NCBI GenBank assembly: GCA_051942205.1 | Contig: JAVECO010000057.1 | Coordinates: forward strand, 62,001 to 121,654 | Source of the DNA: Coniocarpon cinnabarinum | Lineage: Eukaryota | DNA length: 59,654 bases | Direction of reading: 5' to 3' | In this document: positions 34,972-48,648 of the stretch, piece by piece | Layout of the letters: each line of letters starts with the position of its first letter | How positions within the stretch are numbered: the first letter of the stretch is position 1 | The notes under the pieces: generated by a model | Databases searched by the model: none | What the model saw: the letters and a program-made list of their open reading frames with translations, nothing else | Told to the model about the DNA's origin: nothing | Translations under genes and position numbers: made by a program

Positions 34972-36907
34972 TCATTCAGCAGTCGTCCAACTGAGAGTCA
35001 GTACAAATTGTGCGGCAGCTTTGGTATCTAGCAACGGCCATTGAACGTCACGACCTCGCATTAGGCATTGTTTTCGCTTTTTTTCAATGATGTCCTCTGA
35101 TGCCTATGCTTGTGCCCACGCTCATCAATGCACGCTGCGCCTTCGTGACCAGCCACCAACTGAAGCAATATCAAGGTTCATGGAACCGAGACAACTTGCC
35201 CTTGCATCGTATTGTTGAAGCTGTTCGGCAAGATTCGTTATTAGTTGCGTGTTGGACATGTTCGACCTTTCAAGAACGAATCCTGAGCCCCGTGCAATTC
35301 GGCAAGGCCACGAAAATTATTCATCCGCGAACGTGGACAAGTTGATTCTCCCCACATCAGGCTGAACTAGAAACACCTGAAGATAGCATCCAGTACCGGC
35401 ATTTACACATTCAAGTCCTAGAAACCCCCCACGTCTTTGGATCTGAGACGTTAGTCGCATTCTACGGTCGGTGATTGTACCCCAACGTAAGTTCCGTCAC
35501 TTTCCTTCTGACGGAAAGAGATGAGTAGCCCGACCCTCGCAACACCGCAAGATAATACCTAGTACCTCATCTGGCTTGTACGAACAGCGTGCCATATATT
35601 GCAGGCCTGCGCTTAGCATACGGATTAATAATTTTCCTTTCTTTGCAAAAGTCACGTGAGTTGATGCACGTAGAATTAACGGGAAGTGGCGGTGCTCCGT
35701 AGCTTCTCTTTCCTCTGGCGCACATCGCTCTGGTGAAGTGGCAAGTCGTGGAAAGCGCCCCGTACATCATGCACAGATCATGCATTTGGCTGCCCCAGGC
35801 GCAATGTGTTTCGTCTACGACTCCATTGTCGGCGGCATCACGCCGAGTCAAAGCCTCCGAAGGTCTCAGGAAGCGGAGTGTTTTAACCTGAGATCTGTCG
35901 CCGTCCCATCACTACTCCTCGACACAGTGCATCATACAGCCGGCGCATGTTCATGTAAAAAAACGATGGGTTCTCACGACCCGCTTGACGGGGATTGATG
36001 ATGATCTCCATACCAAGATTGTTCGAGCGCGGAGTCATACCTCCTTTGATTGACGGAAACCTGCTCAAATTGTGCGCTCATGCGATGATGAGTATCCAAA
36101 CTTCCACTTACTGGAGCCAAGAGGAGCCCTGAACACGCAAATAGCGAGAAGGATTGTGCCAGCAAGCATCGGGTAGTATTAGCTTGCTTGTAAGTACACT
36201 GATCGAAGGTCTGATGCATTTCACTAACGATAATTGCTGTTTAGGCTCGCGTCCGAATACTGTGCATTCTCGACTCTTCACAAGCAACTTCATGGCCCAC
36301 GAAAAACAAGAATGAGACGGATCCACAAAATGGCAAGAACATCGCCGGTTGCAAACGCCGCTGGTAGCAATCTTGTCGTCCGAGTTGCCGCACCTATACA
36401 TTTGAGTCTTCAATTTGCATGACTTAGTGTCTAAGAAATCGGCGTTACGGGCAGTAATCACCATCACCCGGGCTAAAGAGGCTCACGGCTTGATTGCGAT
36501 TACGTCAAGGAGGTTGACACGGTAGGGACTGTATGGTGCGACGTTGAAGGTACGACATTTTACGCCCTACATTCTGAAATCTGTCGATGATCGAATACAA
36601 TCGGCTACATGGAACCGCTGCGGTCTTTGCTAAACTTCATCGGGTCCGCTCGGCTTCCGTAATCGGGGTTTGTCGGAGCAAAAAGCCCTTGTCCTACGCG
36701 ATTCAAGTCCGGCGCTAGACCTGCAACGGGCCGTTCCACCATCGACACCGACAGCAGCAGATTGTTATAATCATCATCATCATCATAGAGATGAGTGTTC
36801 TTTTGAGACAAGCACAGCCACGCTTCAAAGGACTGATTTTCGCATTCAGCCAGACTACAACTCTCCGTCCAAACAGATACCCATACCAACGCTTCAAGTT
36901 CGCCGAC

Positions 36908-37770
36908 ATGGCCTCGGCACAGTGGGCTGACAAGCCATGGCCGTTGCTCACCACGCCATCTGCGACACGCGATGTGGCAAGTGAAGCTGTGCTTTTTGGC
37001 AAAGTGCTCACGTACTGACTTTGAATTACAGACCGAGCATGCATCCATCAAGATTGCAAACAACATGGCCAATGCCCACAACTGCATGATCCGCGGCATC
37101 AACGCAATCTATCAACAAGCCCCCCACGTTCACAGCACACAGGACAAGTCCGACTTACTATTCTTCGTGTATGCTTGGTCGCGGTGGGTCATTGAGCACC
37201 ACGATATGGAAGAGAAAGTCATGTTTCCAGGATTTGAGGAGGCGGCCGGCAAACCGGGCATTCTTTCGGCCAACGTAGATCAGCACGCCGCTTTCGAAGC
37301 GGGCTTACTTCACCTGCACAAATACGCAAGCATTAAGCCAGAGCAGTTTTCAGCGGACGAGCTGAGGTCGAGGATCGAGGCATTCCAAGGCGTTCTTCAG
37401 CAGCATTTGAATGACGAAGTGCAAACACTTCTTGCTTTGAGACCCTACGACAGTGAACGCTTGGCGGATGCGTTTGACCGTGGAGAGAGGTATGCGCGTG
37501 ACAAGAGCAAGGAAGGAAAGGTATGTTAAGTCTAATGCGCTGATGCTCATGTTCGGATGCTGATCAGTCTGGCCTGTGAAGGAGGCGATCTTTCCAATTG
37601 TGATGGGCATGCGGGACGTGACCTACGAGGGTGGCAACAACTGGCCCGGCATTCCACCACACGCGCTGGAAGACATTGACAAAAACATTTGGCCGGCGCA
37701 CGCTGGAGCCTGGAGATTCCTTCCTAGTGATGTGAACGGCAAGCCAAAGTCATCGTCATTCCTGGCATGA
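36908..37770 (+). CDS. Hemerythrin-like (HHE cation-binding) protein, 3 exons
   Basis: WADKPWPLL, MANAHNCMIRGINAIYQQAPHV, EHHDMEEKVMFP, DQHAAF, HLNDEV and HAGAWRFLPSD. Confidence 0.9.
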
Positions 37771-38694
37771 CCTGCTTCATGACACTTAATCCAATTCGCG
37801 ACCAGCCCACTCACCCTACTCTCTCTGAGAACGCTGAGGCGAGTTATACGCGTCGTTAACGAGTCTCTACATCACGCACGTGATATCATGCTTTGACTCG
37901 GCTGTACTTGTAGTAACCAAACGTTGTCGGCAACCCTCCATTGCGTTTGTCAACTATCTGTGCCAATGCTTGTGCGTAGAAAAGGTCTGAGCGGTCTGGC
38001 GTAGTGAGGCATGCTGAAGTGTCTGATGCCCTGAACAGGAGGGTTCCTTTGCGTTGGACCACTGAGCGCTGTAGGATTGAATAGGTAAGCGCACGCTCCT
38101 TTCCTGAAAGATCTCACTGCAGTTGGACGTACTTGCCATGATCCATGCGCCTTGTCTGGACGCGCTGCAAGCGCTATTCACAGCAAAAGGTCCAAGCTGG
38201 CGAAGCTAACATTCATCAGGCTGGCAGAAGGTACTTAGCTTCATCATTGGTCAATGAGTCAAATCGTTGGCCTTTCTGCAAGGCATGACTCAGTCCCTAC
38301 CCAGACTCAGTTCGCTCGAAGAGGAGGTCACGCTTGGGCCAAGGATTCCCTGCAGTGTCTAATCTTAACGCGTCAAGTATCACGCACAGTCTGAAAGAGT
38401 CCCAAGACAGGCGTGTGACAAGCTGTGGCCCCTATACGCCGTTCCTTGAATCTCGTCTGCAGTCCGCAGACACGGCAGAGTCGTCAATGCGTGTTAGCAC
38501 GGCAGAGCGTCTCAATATGCCGTTTCTGTGGCCCCAAGCTAAAGATGGCCCTCAAGCGGACCCGAAGCATGGAATAGATCCCGCATCATACAAGCACTCG
38601 TAGATTGTTTCAATACTTGAATTTGAGTTTGAGAACTCCTAACCTCACTCATATAGTGTGCTGAGCTACTTGCTCCTTTACTGACACTTATCGA

Positions 38695-41105
38695 ATGTCG
38701 TCCTACATACGACTGTTATCGCAAGACGCTGTATCGACAACTGGGTATCGTCACAGCTCTCAATCGCTTTATCGCGTGCCTGACATAGCCGGTTTCTGGT
38801 CAGCGTTATGGAAAAACATTGGTCTGAAAGGTGTCTCCATCGTGTGGAAAGCAGGTCATAGCCATGATGACAACGAGCATCCAAAACCTATTCTCCAAGG
38901 CGAGCTCATCGTTGCCATCGCTAGGTGTGGCATTCATTTACTGCCACTAGCTTGCACTGTAGTTCTGGCTTACCTCAACATCTCTGGCTTGTACGTCGGC
39001 GAATCGTTGGAGGGCTTTCAAGGCAAATATGCGACATCCACCAAGATCTTAGGGCTACAGGCTTCGGCAAAGCTCCTTGTCAGTCCTTCAGGCCCCGCGA
39101 GGTACGTATTCACTGACTGTGAAAGTAGGAGCTCCTTGTCGCGGCATCGCTTGCCCAGGTCGTTCTCGACGTCTTCCGCAGAGAGGCGCTGTTCGGCAGA
39201 GACGGCGTGCCTCTTGGCTTGATTGGCTCTCATCTTCAATTCTCGGACCTAGGTTACTTTTGGTCCCCAGAGTTCTGGTCAGGGATGAAGGGCTTCACTT
39301 CGCGTCAAAAGCAGATCTTTCTCTGGCTTCTCCTCGTAATTTGCGGTATCATTGCCGTTGCAATCGGCCCGGCTTCTGCGCTTCTTCTTGTACCCATTCA
39401 ACGGGACATCTGGCCAGCCGGATCCGCAAATCTCTGGCTCGCTGGAAACCAAGACTATCTTTGGCCCACGACTCTAGACAATACCACGATCGACGACACA
39501 TGCAGAGACGCCAGTATTGACCTGCAGCAGACCCAGCTTGTCAGTACATCTGGCTGTGCCTGGAACGGTTTCCAGAGTTTCCTTGGCTTCTACAGAGCAT
39601 CACATCAAGTGCAGCTTAACAATGTCACCTTCACTGATGGCATGGTGACTCGGATATTGCAGAGCTTCGTTGACGAGGTTCCCTATCCGTATAGCCTCGC
39701 TCCCAATTTGGCCGCTGCTTCACCTTCATATGAACTGACTCAAAAATGGGCAGAGACCATCAGCAACATCAGTGGCACCAGCTCAGAAGCGCATTTCAAG
39801 CGTCATGGCGCGGGCACTATCGTACGGATTGGTGGATTCATACCCACAGTACGCGTCAGCTGCAATATGTATGGAAATTTCACCTTCCCGGGCAATGGCA
39901 CTGTACAATACCCGCACCTGCCAGCCTCAGGAGCACCATCCGATGCTTCCTACAACCTACCTGAACCAGAGATCGTCGATTCGGAGTACGTCGCTACAGT
40001 TTGGCGAGCGCTACCAAATGGTCCCAGTCCATTGACGAATGGCTCATTCACGGACTACTATCCGAGCGCCTTTTTGGACTTGCAAATACCCCATGACAAG
40101 AAATTTACGCCCTTTGGTTGGTACTATGTAAGCTAGGCCCGTCACCAATATTTGTTTAAGACTGGTCAAGCTGACAGTGGCGAATAGACTTGCTCAGTCG
40201 ATGCCCGATGGATTCGCAAAGACACCGTCGGCGCACAGTTTGACGACAAGGTATTTGGGAAATACTATGTCTACGGCGAGAATGACATCGTCAACACAGA
40301 TCGATTTCCATATGCATCAGAATCTCTTCCAGCAAATGGCGCCGTCAAGATGACGACAGATTGGCTCAATAACCTGACCCCCGCGGCTGACGATAAAAAC
40401 GTGGGTGGCACGACCTTGGCCAGTCTCTTCGGAGCGGCGCGACTGGACTCTCCCAACACCGATCAACTTCCTAAAAAAGGCTACACAGAATCTATTATTG
40501 CAAATGTGGTGGCGGATGGCATGTCACGGGTCGGGTACACGTTGAATGGTGGCAACTTGACGCTTTCCGACTTCCATGTTCAGTTTCTTGACGATAACAG
40601 CCACTCGAACTATGACCTTGACACCTTCGATTTCAGACCTATGATCTTCGACGACGGCGGTGCACAGCTTCCTCTGCCAAAGGGATACAGTAGAGAAAAC
40701 TCGACCCAAGTTCGGTGGACAGTGTCAATCGCTGGTTACTCATACAAAGCTGACAGCGTGGCATACTGGCTTTCCTTGATCGTGCTCTTCGTGCACAGCT
40801 TGATTGCGCTGGCTCATACGGTCTGGATGGTGATACAGCGTCAATCGTCTGGCGCATGGCACAGCTTGACCGAGCTGCTGGTGTTGTCGCAAAACTCGGA
40901 GCCTGCTGTGGAGTTGAAGAATACATGTGGAGGCATTGACAGGGGCAACACGTTCAGTAGAACGGCAAGGATACGGGCGATGCGGAGCAAGGAGGCGGCA
41001 ATCGTGGCGTCAGGCCGGGAACAGGTGCAGATGCTGTTCGCTGAGGCGAGACAGAGGATAGCCACGGAAAGGGTTGAAGTGAATGCAGCGTACGGTACCA
41101 ATTGA
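38695..41105 (+). CDS. Hypothetical multi-pass membrane glycoprotein, 3 exons
   Basis: Three ORFs join through introns at ~39079-39128 and ~40127-40188. Features include N-terminal TM helices, a large luminal domain with N-glycosylation sites, a C-terminal TM (YWLSLIVLFVHSLIALAH) and SSGAWHSLTELLVLSQNS..LKNTCGGI. Confidence 0.82.
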
Positions 41106-42036
41106 GAATCTGGACGGCAAAAATCGTCAGTGTGTGCTACACTGCTTTGTTTCAAACATCATCGTCGCAGATACCGCAAAGACATACCAACAGATTCGTT
41201 GTTTGGTGGCGTAGGCAAGTATGCTATTTTTGTGCGTCGTCCAAAGGTCGACGAAGAGGCTTTGCATTTGGCCCCCACGTTAACCTCTTCAAGCGTTAGC
41301 GCGTGGCTCATGTTGGGAGTGGCTGAGTGATGGCGTGTCACGCGTGTTTCACCTCCATCACCTCGGGGCGGCACTCTGTGCTGGTGTTCGGGCGTCTGGC
41401 ATTGGAGCCACACGACCGTGCTCTCATCGCTGAGGTCACCGCTGGCTGAATCCCGATCCGCGCATCTGCGAAACCTCGGACAGACGGCAGTTCTTGCTTC
41501 ATGTGCGTAAGTTGGGTGAACAGCCGCGATGCACCGGCCAGGTTCGCCCCTCAACTCGCATCCATCGTGGCTCACGAGCGTCATGCCAATTTGAGCTGTT
41601 CCTCCTCTTCCTGCTGGTTACGTAGACATGAGCCAGCAACCCCTCAGGCGACCACGATCTCGTATGACGGTAGGTAGTGCATTGGCTATGGCGAATCTGA
41701 CGCGTGGCCCTTACTCATCACGAAGGAGTTTACGATTTCCTGATTTTTCATGCGAATCGCGGATTCCCTCGAAACGGGCCTGGTGCTAATTATGGGGCTT
41801 CAATGGCTCCCGATGCCGTTTGCATTACGCCCCTATGATTCGCGGAAATGCCAAGACATCTCAAGCTATTATACCCTCATTGCATCCATTATTACTGCGG
41901 CGAGGCGTTGACCTTGCAAGATGAATCCACCTGCTGCGGCACACTTGCCCGTTCGTCACGAACTTGTATCTAAAGATCTCCAGTCGCTTGCTGGATCTGC
42001 TTCAATCTGCTGCTGTTTCATGTCATTCTCCCCACC

Positions 42037-43761
42037 ATGGCTCTGAGACAATTCCGTGATGCAAGAGTGCAAAAACGTTTCGTACTTCCATTGTGGATCG
42101 TCCAGGTGCTGGCCACCGCCGTCATCTCTGCTGCGGCCGTCTACGAATTAATTCAACTGAGTAAACAAAGTGCCTCAAAGTATGGCTCAAACGGCGCCAT
42201 CATCTATTTCGCAGCGTCTGCTCTTTTTACTCTTGCCCTGTGCCTCCTCGAGGTTGGCCTTCTCTTCCTTCAAAAACTCCTCCCTACCAGCCTTCTTGCC
42301 CTGTCACTCACGAGGTGCTTGCTAAACGTCGCAGCCTGGATCACGGCTGCCATCCAGGCAACAGACAGACATCATCGCTCCAGGGTATGGATCATCTCGT
42401 TGGTGATCGGAGTTTCTATGTGAGCCCTCCCGTATCCTCGCGTGAATGGTTTGAGAAGTGCTGACATCAAAGGGAACAGCTTGTCTGACTTGCTTGCTAT
42501 TGGCTACTCTTCAACCCTCATTCGCAGACGCAAATACAACAACAATCTTGAGCAGCGCCGATCAAGGCAGCTCGACCAGGAGCATGAAGCCGGTTTTAGT
42601 CCAATCAAGTCATGGGGCTCAGGGTACGCCCTTCTTCGTAACCCCACCACAGTTGAGGAGCCAGATGCGCTTCATGAGGCAAAAAAGCCGCTCTCAGGAC
42701 CAAGCTTCACTTTTGGGTCCCCAAACAGGCATAATTCTCCAATTTACGATCCTGTGGTTGTAAGGGTAGACGAGCCGGAATCCTCGCCTGCGCTTCCTCG
42801 AAAATCGTCGCGTCGTCCAAGTCCTACCTCAAGGTCGAGATCGCCTTCGCCAGTACTCCCTTCTACGCCACTCAACCAGTTCCACAATCGTTCAGCTGAA
42901 TCATCGCGCGAAAATGGTGCTGTTTCGCCGATACAATCCAGCAGCGACGCTCTAATGTCCAGTATGGAGTACAATCTCATCCCGGCCATCACCGTTCAAA
43001 GCAGCGACACCCCCGTCTCATCAACATTTCATCCTTGGATTACTGCTTCAGCCAGCACAGATCCACCCAAAGTAGATCCTGGAGTTGAGTCACCGTTAGC
43101 CCAAGACCAAGGCCACGATGATAGTGCGACGCAACCTTTCAGACTCCCGTCTCTCCCACCCACATCACCACTCCTGCCAAGCACCCTAGCATCGACCACG
43201 ATCCCCGAGAGCCCATCCACCACCGCAAACAGCGCCACTCCCAGTCTCGATTCAAACAAACCACAGACTGACATTTCCCCACCTGCTCCAATCCCTACAG
43301 CAGCCACGATCTTAGACTCACGACCCACTGCGACAATACTTAAACGCAGCCCCTCTACAGCCAGCTCCGTCTATTCCCTTCATTCCACCAAATCAACGCG
43401 GTCCCTCTCGGCGCCAGAAGTCCCACCCTTACCTACCATACTATCGCAGGTTTCCAACAGTGCCTTTAATCGCCAGCGAAGCAGTGACACGTCCCCAAAT
43501 CAGTACGATGTAGCTTCCAACCCGTTCATGGAGCGACATGACAACGCCAAATCACATCGACGACAGATGTCGGCGCCGACTTTACACAGTGCAAGCGCGG
43601 CATCGATTGTGCCGTTGAGTCGATTCAATTCCTCGACGGCTTCATTGCGAGGCAGCGCGCTTCCCGCTCAGCCTTTGCCTCGTCGACCGCGTGCAGGGAG
43701 CTCTATCAAGTCGAGATATTACAGCGGTGTGACACCAACAGACGCGAGGTCGGAAAAATGA
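42037..43761 (+). CDS. Hypothetical protein with ~4 N-terminal TM helices and a long Ser/Pro-rich tail, 2 exons
   Basis: Hydrophobic ORF 42037..42423 joins via intron ~42420-42479 (GTGAGC..GCTGAC..CAG) to ORF 42442..43761. Confidence 0.78.
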
Positions 43762-43911
43762 AAAGTTCGATGCTCGTTTTGGATTGGATCGTGAAGTCAT
43801 CGACCCAAGTTTGTAGTTGCTAAACAATACATGTTGAGAAAGTAGTAGCGAGGATATGTATACCCTCCAGAAACCCTGCAGAACATCCACAGTCTGCGAA
43901 GCTCATCATTG

Positions 43912-46900
43912 CTATCTTCGCTTCTTGGGCTTGTCTTCCTTCTCGAGCCCACTCACCTTGTCCTTCTTCTTGGCCTTCTCCTCGAGCTCATCCCTGTGAT
44001 CATTAGCGTTCTTGTCTCTAAGCGTGTTTAATGATAGGTCAGGCATCAAAACTCACCAGTCCTCTCCGTCATCTGGCTCGCTTACTTCACTACCTTCCTC
44101 CTCTGCACTAGCATCTTCATCAAACTCACTATCCTCCTCACTGCTCTCCTCGCTCAATTCCGCGACACTGCCGTCACTCATCTCAAATGCCGACTCCTGC
44201 TCGCTGCTCTCTTGACCGCCCTCTTCGTCATCGCTATCCGTCGACAAGAAGTTCCAACCGCCATCTGCGAAAAAGGCATGAGGATCTGCCGTTACCGTCT
44301 TCATGATCTGAGCCCAGTTTAGGTTGAGTGGGCCCTCTGAAAAGGGGATGTCGACGCTGTCGAGCCAGTCTTTGACGGCGTCCAGAGACTCCACGGGGAT
44401 AGTGTTGATGTGCACGGGTGCCTTGTTAAAATCATGCATGACGAGCACCATGTCAAAGTTTTTGAGACCGAATTGAACGCGCTCGAGATGGACGACTTCA
44501 ATCTCGGAGAGGGTGACGACAAGGAACGGTGGTTCAGTGAGTTGGATGAGGCAGTCAGTGGTTGGCTGGATGAGCACAGCGGAGCGAGCTGGGACACCGT
44601 GGAAGCCGAGTTCGCGGAAGGGGATATCAACTGCGAGGTTGATGTCACGACCAGCGTCAGCAATCTTCTCCGCAAAGGCCTTGAACTCCTTGTTGAGAGC
44701 TGCACGACGACGGCGTTCCTCCTGTTCTTGTTCGAACTCCTCCTCGTCGCCATAGCGGTGCTTGCGCTTGCGATTACCAGTCTCGTCGAAGGCCATTTCG
44801 GTTGCATCTCGGTAAAATTGAACGTCCTTTGTCTTGCGCTTGCCAATGATGATAGGGTTAATGAGATGGACATGAATGATGACAATGAGTTCGTGGTCGC
44901 ACGGTTGAAAGAAGAGATGCTTGACGTTGCTGAAAAGAATGTCGACTCGTTGTTGGCCGGGATGGTTGTAACGGAGACCGTTTTGATGAATCTCCACGGC
45001 TCCAGCAAGACGCTTTCCTTCCATGTTAGGTCGAATAAAGACGGGCTCGTTGCGATGTGGACGACGATTGCGAATTTCGACAAGCTTGTCCTGCTCAACA
45101 ACGTCTTCCATTTCCTTCTTCTCAGCCTCGCGTTTCTTCGAAGCTTTTTGAAGGTTGTTGATATCGGTGGCAATTTGCTCCATTCGGGCGACATCGTAGG
45201 ATTTGAAGGTAAGCGAGCGGACGAAATGTGCGTTGGGGTCTTCAAAGGGCTGGTCATCTTTTCGTCCTACGCCCTGACCAGGAGAAAGAAAGTTGATACG
45301 GAGATAAGTGGCCCGAGTGCCGTCAGTAGCGGTAGGATCTACCGTCGTGGATGCATTCTTGATTGTGTTGATATGGAATGGTACTGGGTGGCCCATGATC
45401 GGCAGAACGACGGACTGAGCGCGCTCATCCACACATACGACCAGCTCTTTCACCTTGCTGGGTAACTGATTGTCACGCTTGTATGATTCGAATTTCTTGA
45501 AACGCTTCTCCACGGCTCCATTCATCGCGCCAGTATCTGAAGGGAAACGCTCCAGACCGTCTTCTTGTTTCTTCTTGTGAAGTTCCTTCTGATGCCGCGT
45601 TCGAGCCTCTTCCTTTTCAGCGTTCTGGTTTGTGGCACGTTCATGACGAAGTCGCGTGCGGCTGGATGCCGCAGTTGCATGGGGTCGTGACTCTTTCTTT
45701 GACTTGGGTCGCTTCTCATCCTCGCTCTCTGCGAACGAAAAGATGACAGAGTCATCATCGACACCCGCATCTTTTGTAAACACCACAGCCTCTCCACTCG
45801 TCACTCGCACGGTATCCGCAATGAGCAAAGCGTATGGGTTACTCTTCTTGTCGTGAGGCTTTGGGTTTTCCAGGTCTTGAAAGCAGATTGAGACAACGAC
45901 TGTGGTGCCATCCTTAAGCACCCGGGTGCTCTTAGCGTTCAGGTTCAAAGTGGTGTCTTTGGATTCTATCCCAATACCGTAGCCAACGCTGGATCGCATG
46001 TGTTGTGCCAATTCTGGCTTCTTTGACTGGACATGACCGTATGCTTTTTCCCAAACTTGGCTCGCTTTGACACCGTCTTTGATCTCTTTCAGAACGATGT
46101 CGCGAACTTCGAGAAGAAATTTGTAGTTGCTGTCCTGGCTTTTGTTGGGATCGACGAGGTAAGTTCGAGCGACGAACGAGGAGTAGGAGTTGTATCGTAA
46201 GCCCATGGACGCAATGATAGTTCCGGCATGGAGATTAGTGCTGGCAGGCGCAGATTTAAGGGTCAAGTCATAGCTGCCACCACTCTGGATGAGGGGTACT
46301 TGTGCCCAGTCGATCTGGTCAGAGTCGAACTTGTCCGCGCCTTTCAGCTTTTGCCAGAACTTGTTGTCATCGATCTTCTTGTTGACCTTATCTGACAACG
46401 CCGCATGTGACACTCTCTGCTCCTCATCTAATATACGCGAAAGCTCTTCATAGAAGAATCGAACGAGGACGTGGCATGAGGCTCTCGATGCATCGCGGAT
46501 GGTCCTCAGCTCATTCTCACTCTTCACAGTGAGGGCTGCAGACGAAATAGAGGGACCAGCCTCCACCTCTTCAATCTCAGGCTTGACCTTGTCATAAGCT
46601 TGCTTCCACTCGTCGGCAAACGGTCCAGACGCAGGTACTTTGTTGAGCACCGCAACTTTCTTTCCGGCAGCTTTGATGGCCTCTGTACACTTCTCAAATT
46701 GCTTGGCGTTTTCTTCGGAGTCTTTGCTACGGATCAGGATTTCAACGGGGGTTTTACCGCCCTGCAGTTTTTCCAAATAAGCCGCTGGCATACGGCTGTC
46801 AGCCAATGATTGAGATTGCAAAGACTGTGGGGCTCACCTTTCTTCTTCGTCGTGACGATGAATAGTTGTTCGAGCGTGAACAGCATCAGAGTGGCGGGGA

Positions 46901-47161
46901 ATTCGTAGCCTAGGAGCCATAGCTGCGTTGTGAAGCCATCAGTAAAATGTCAGTTGCAAGGCGACTGCCACTGACCTGAAAGGCGCCATTTTTAAAAAAT
47001 CCGGATGCCTCTTCACTCTTACCCATCAGAAGGATGAGTGATGATGCGCCGTTGAAGAAGTTGTCGCCAGCTCGCTTGTCGTTTTTCCATGCCGTGAGAA
47101 AGCTTGCAAGGCGATCGTGGAAAGTGTTGCTGTCAATCTGGACAGCATCATTCTCGGCCAT
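43912..47161 (-). CDS. SPT16: FACT complex subunit Spt16, multi-exon
   Basis: MAENDAVQIDSNTFHDRL, WLLGYEFPATL, IQSGGSYDL, PVPFHINTIKNAS, EIHQNGLRY, HLERVQFGLKNFDMV and an acidic tail. The last exon reads DELEEKAKKKDK..KKRR*. Confidence 0.97.
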
Positions 47162-47424
47162 GTTGAGCTTGAGAGAAGGATGGCCAAGTAGAGTCGCGGA
47201 AGAGGCTCTTGAGGAAGGTGGAAGGAAGGATTCGGAGTGGAAGACGAAGTTCACAGGTGACAGCAAACCTGGAAGTAACCCTTGGTGATCGCGGTGACGC
47301 GCTTGCACGCGTAGAGTGGAATCACGTGCACGCCAAGAGTTTGACCGGCAAAGCGTTGGAGGTATTCTCTCAGCGGATGATGCCTACTGCAGTCTTAATT
47401 TAGAGACCGATCACTGCAACATCG
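47162..47424. promoter_or_regulatory. Compact bidirectional promoter between SPT16 and RRP40
   Basis: The head-to-head ATGs are 263 bp apart. The gap contains ACGCGT (47307-47312, MCB-like) and TCACGTG (47322-47328, Cbf1/E-box-like). Confidence 0.6.
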
Positions 47425-48165
47425 ATGTCAACGCCACGGGTACTGCTGCCTGGGGAGCTGCTTGGTTCAGGCCAGCTTCCGAAGCAGTCAAAACCCTCCA
47501 AGGCTCTCACTGTTGGCCCAGGCTTACGCTATACTCCATCTCATGATGTAGAAGCCGGCCATGCTGGCACCAATGCTGTGGACAACCGCAAGAATGGAGT
47601 TTGGATGGAAGACAACGGTCAAGGCAGATACTCGCCGGCTGTTGGAGACTTGGTCATTGCGATAGTCCACCATTCTGCCGCCGAAGTCTATTACTGCCAG
47701 CTCACTCCACACGCCGGGCACGCTACGCTTGGCTACCTAGCTTTCGAAGGCGTCTCTCGAAAGACGAGGCCCATGCTTCAACACGGTAGTGTCGTTTATG
47801 CTCGCATTTCGCAGTCCCACAAGTATCTCGACGCCGAGATGGAATGCATCCAACCTTCAACTGGAAAAGCTGAGGGGCTGGGTGAGTTGAAAGGCGGCAT
47901 GTTGTTCGACATCAGCTTAGGTCTAGCGCGACGATTGTTGCTGAGCAAGCCTCGAGAGAATGGCAAGGTTGTCGTGCTGGAAGAGCTTGGTGAAATGGGT
48001 CTACGTTTCGAAGTCGCTGTTGGCCTGAATGGCAAGGTCTGGATCACCAGCGACAGCGTGAAGAACACCATTGCCATTGGTCGACTATTGCAAGAGACCG
48101 ACAAGAGCAATATGACCCTTGAGCAACAAGTTGACATGTTAAAACAAATCAATCGGCCATCTTGA
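47425..48165 (+). CDS. RRP40: Exosome complex cap subunit Rrp40
   Basis: VGPGL, RYSPAVGDLVIA, LAFEGVSRKTRPML..GSVVYARI, GKAEGLGELKGGMLFDISLG and FEVAVGLNGKVWI. Confidence 0.95.
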   Translation: MSTPRVLLPGELLGSGQLPKQSKPSKALTVGPGLRYTPSHDVEAGHAGTNAVDNRKNGVWMEDNGQGRYSPAVGDLVIAIVHHSAAEVYYCQLTPHAGHATLGYLAFEGVSRKTRPMLQHGSVVYARISQSHKYLDAEMECIQPSTGKAEGLGELKGGMLFDISLGLARRLLLSKPRENGKVVVLEELGEMGLRFEVAVGLNGKVWITSDSVKNTIAIGRLLQETDKSNMTLEQQVDMLKQINRPS

Positions 48166-48648
48166 CTCTTCCACAAGCTTGTTGCGTGGGACCGTAGTCA
48201 TCCGTATTGCCATTGTTCCGATGTGTAACAGAACGTCACGTCACGGCAGCATTAACACAAATAAAAGTGACATGCAAACCACAGGTGCTATCAAGCTTTG
48301 GCGTGCTTGCACGGTTAGTCTTCTTGATTTAGAGTGTCATATTCATCGTGAAGACCCTCATTGTGCAGAGTGGAGAGAATCAGCTTTGGGTCCTTGACTA
48401 CTTGTTGTCACAAACCTAATTTTTCCAATAACCTTCGAAGCATTGTATAGAAAGATTGTCTAACTCAAAAGGGTTTGTCACGCATCCAGCCCAGTGTACG
48501 CACACGCATACATTCTCGGGAGCAAGCACGCACTGATAATGAGAACAATTAAAACTCTCGCAACCATCACCGCAGCTGCAAGCTTCGTGTGTTTGCGAAG
48601 CAAACTGGAGCACGCATTCAGGCGTCAGTCCTTTGATAAGAAACGCTT

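Noticed and set aside
36770..36787. (CAT)n microsatellite giving poly-His or poly-Asp in spurious ORFs
   Set aside because: It lies upstream of the hemerythrin ATG and is an ordinary simple repeat.
44319..45465. Long alternative-frame and antisense ORFs (312 and 351 aa) overlapping SPT16
   Set aside because: These are shadow ORFs produced by the codon bias of a conserved gene. The same applies to the antisense ORFs over the subtilisin and carboxypeptidase.
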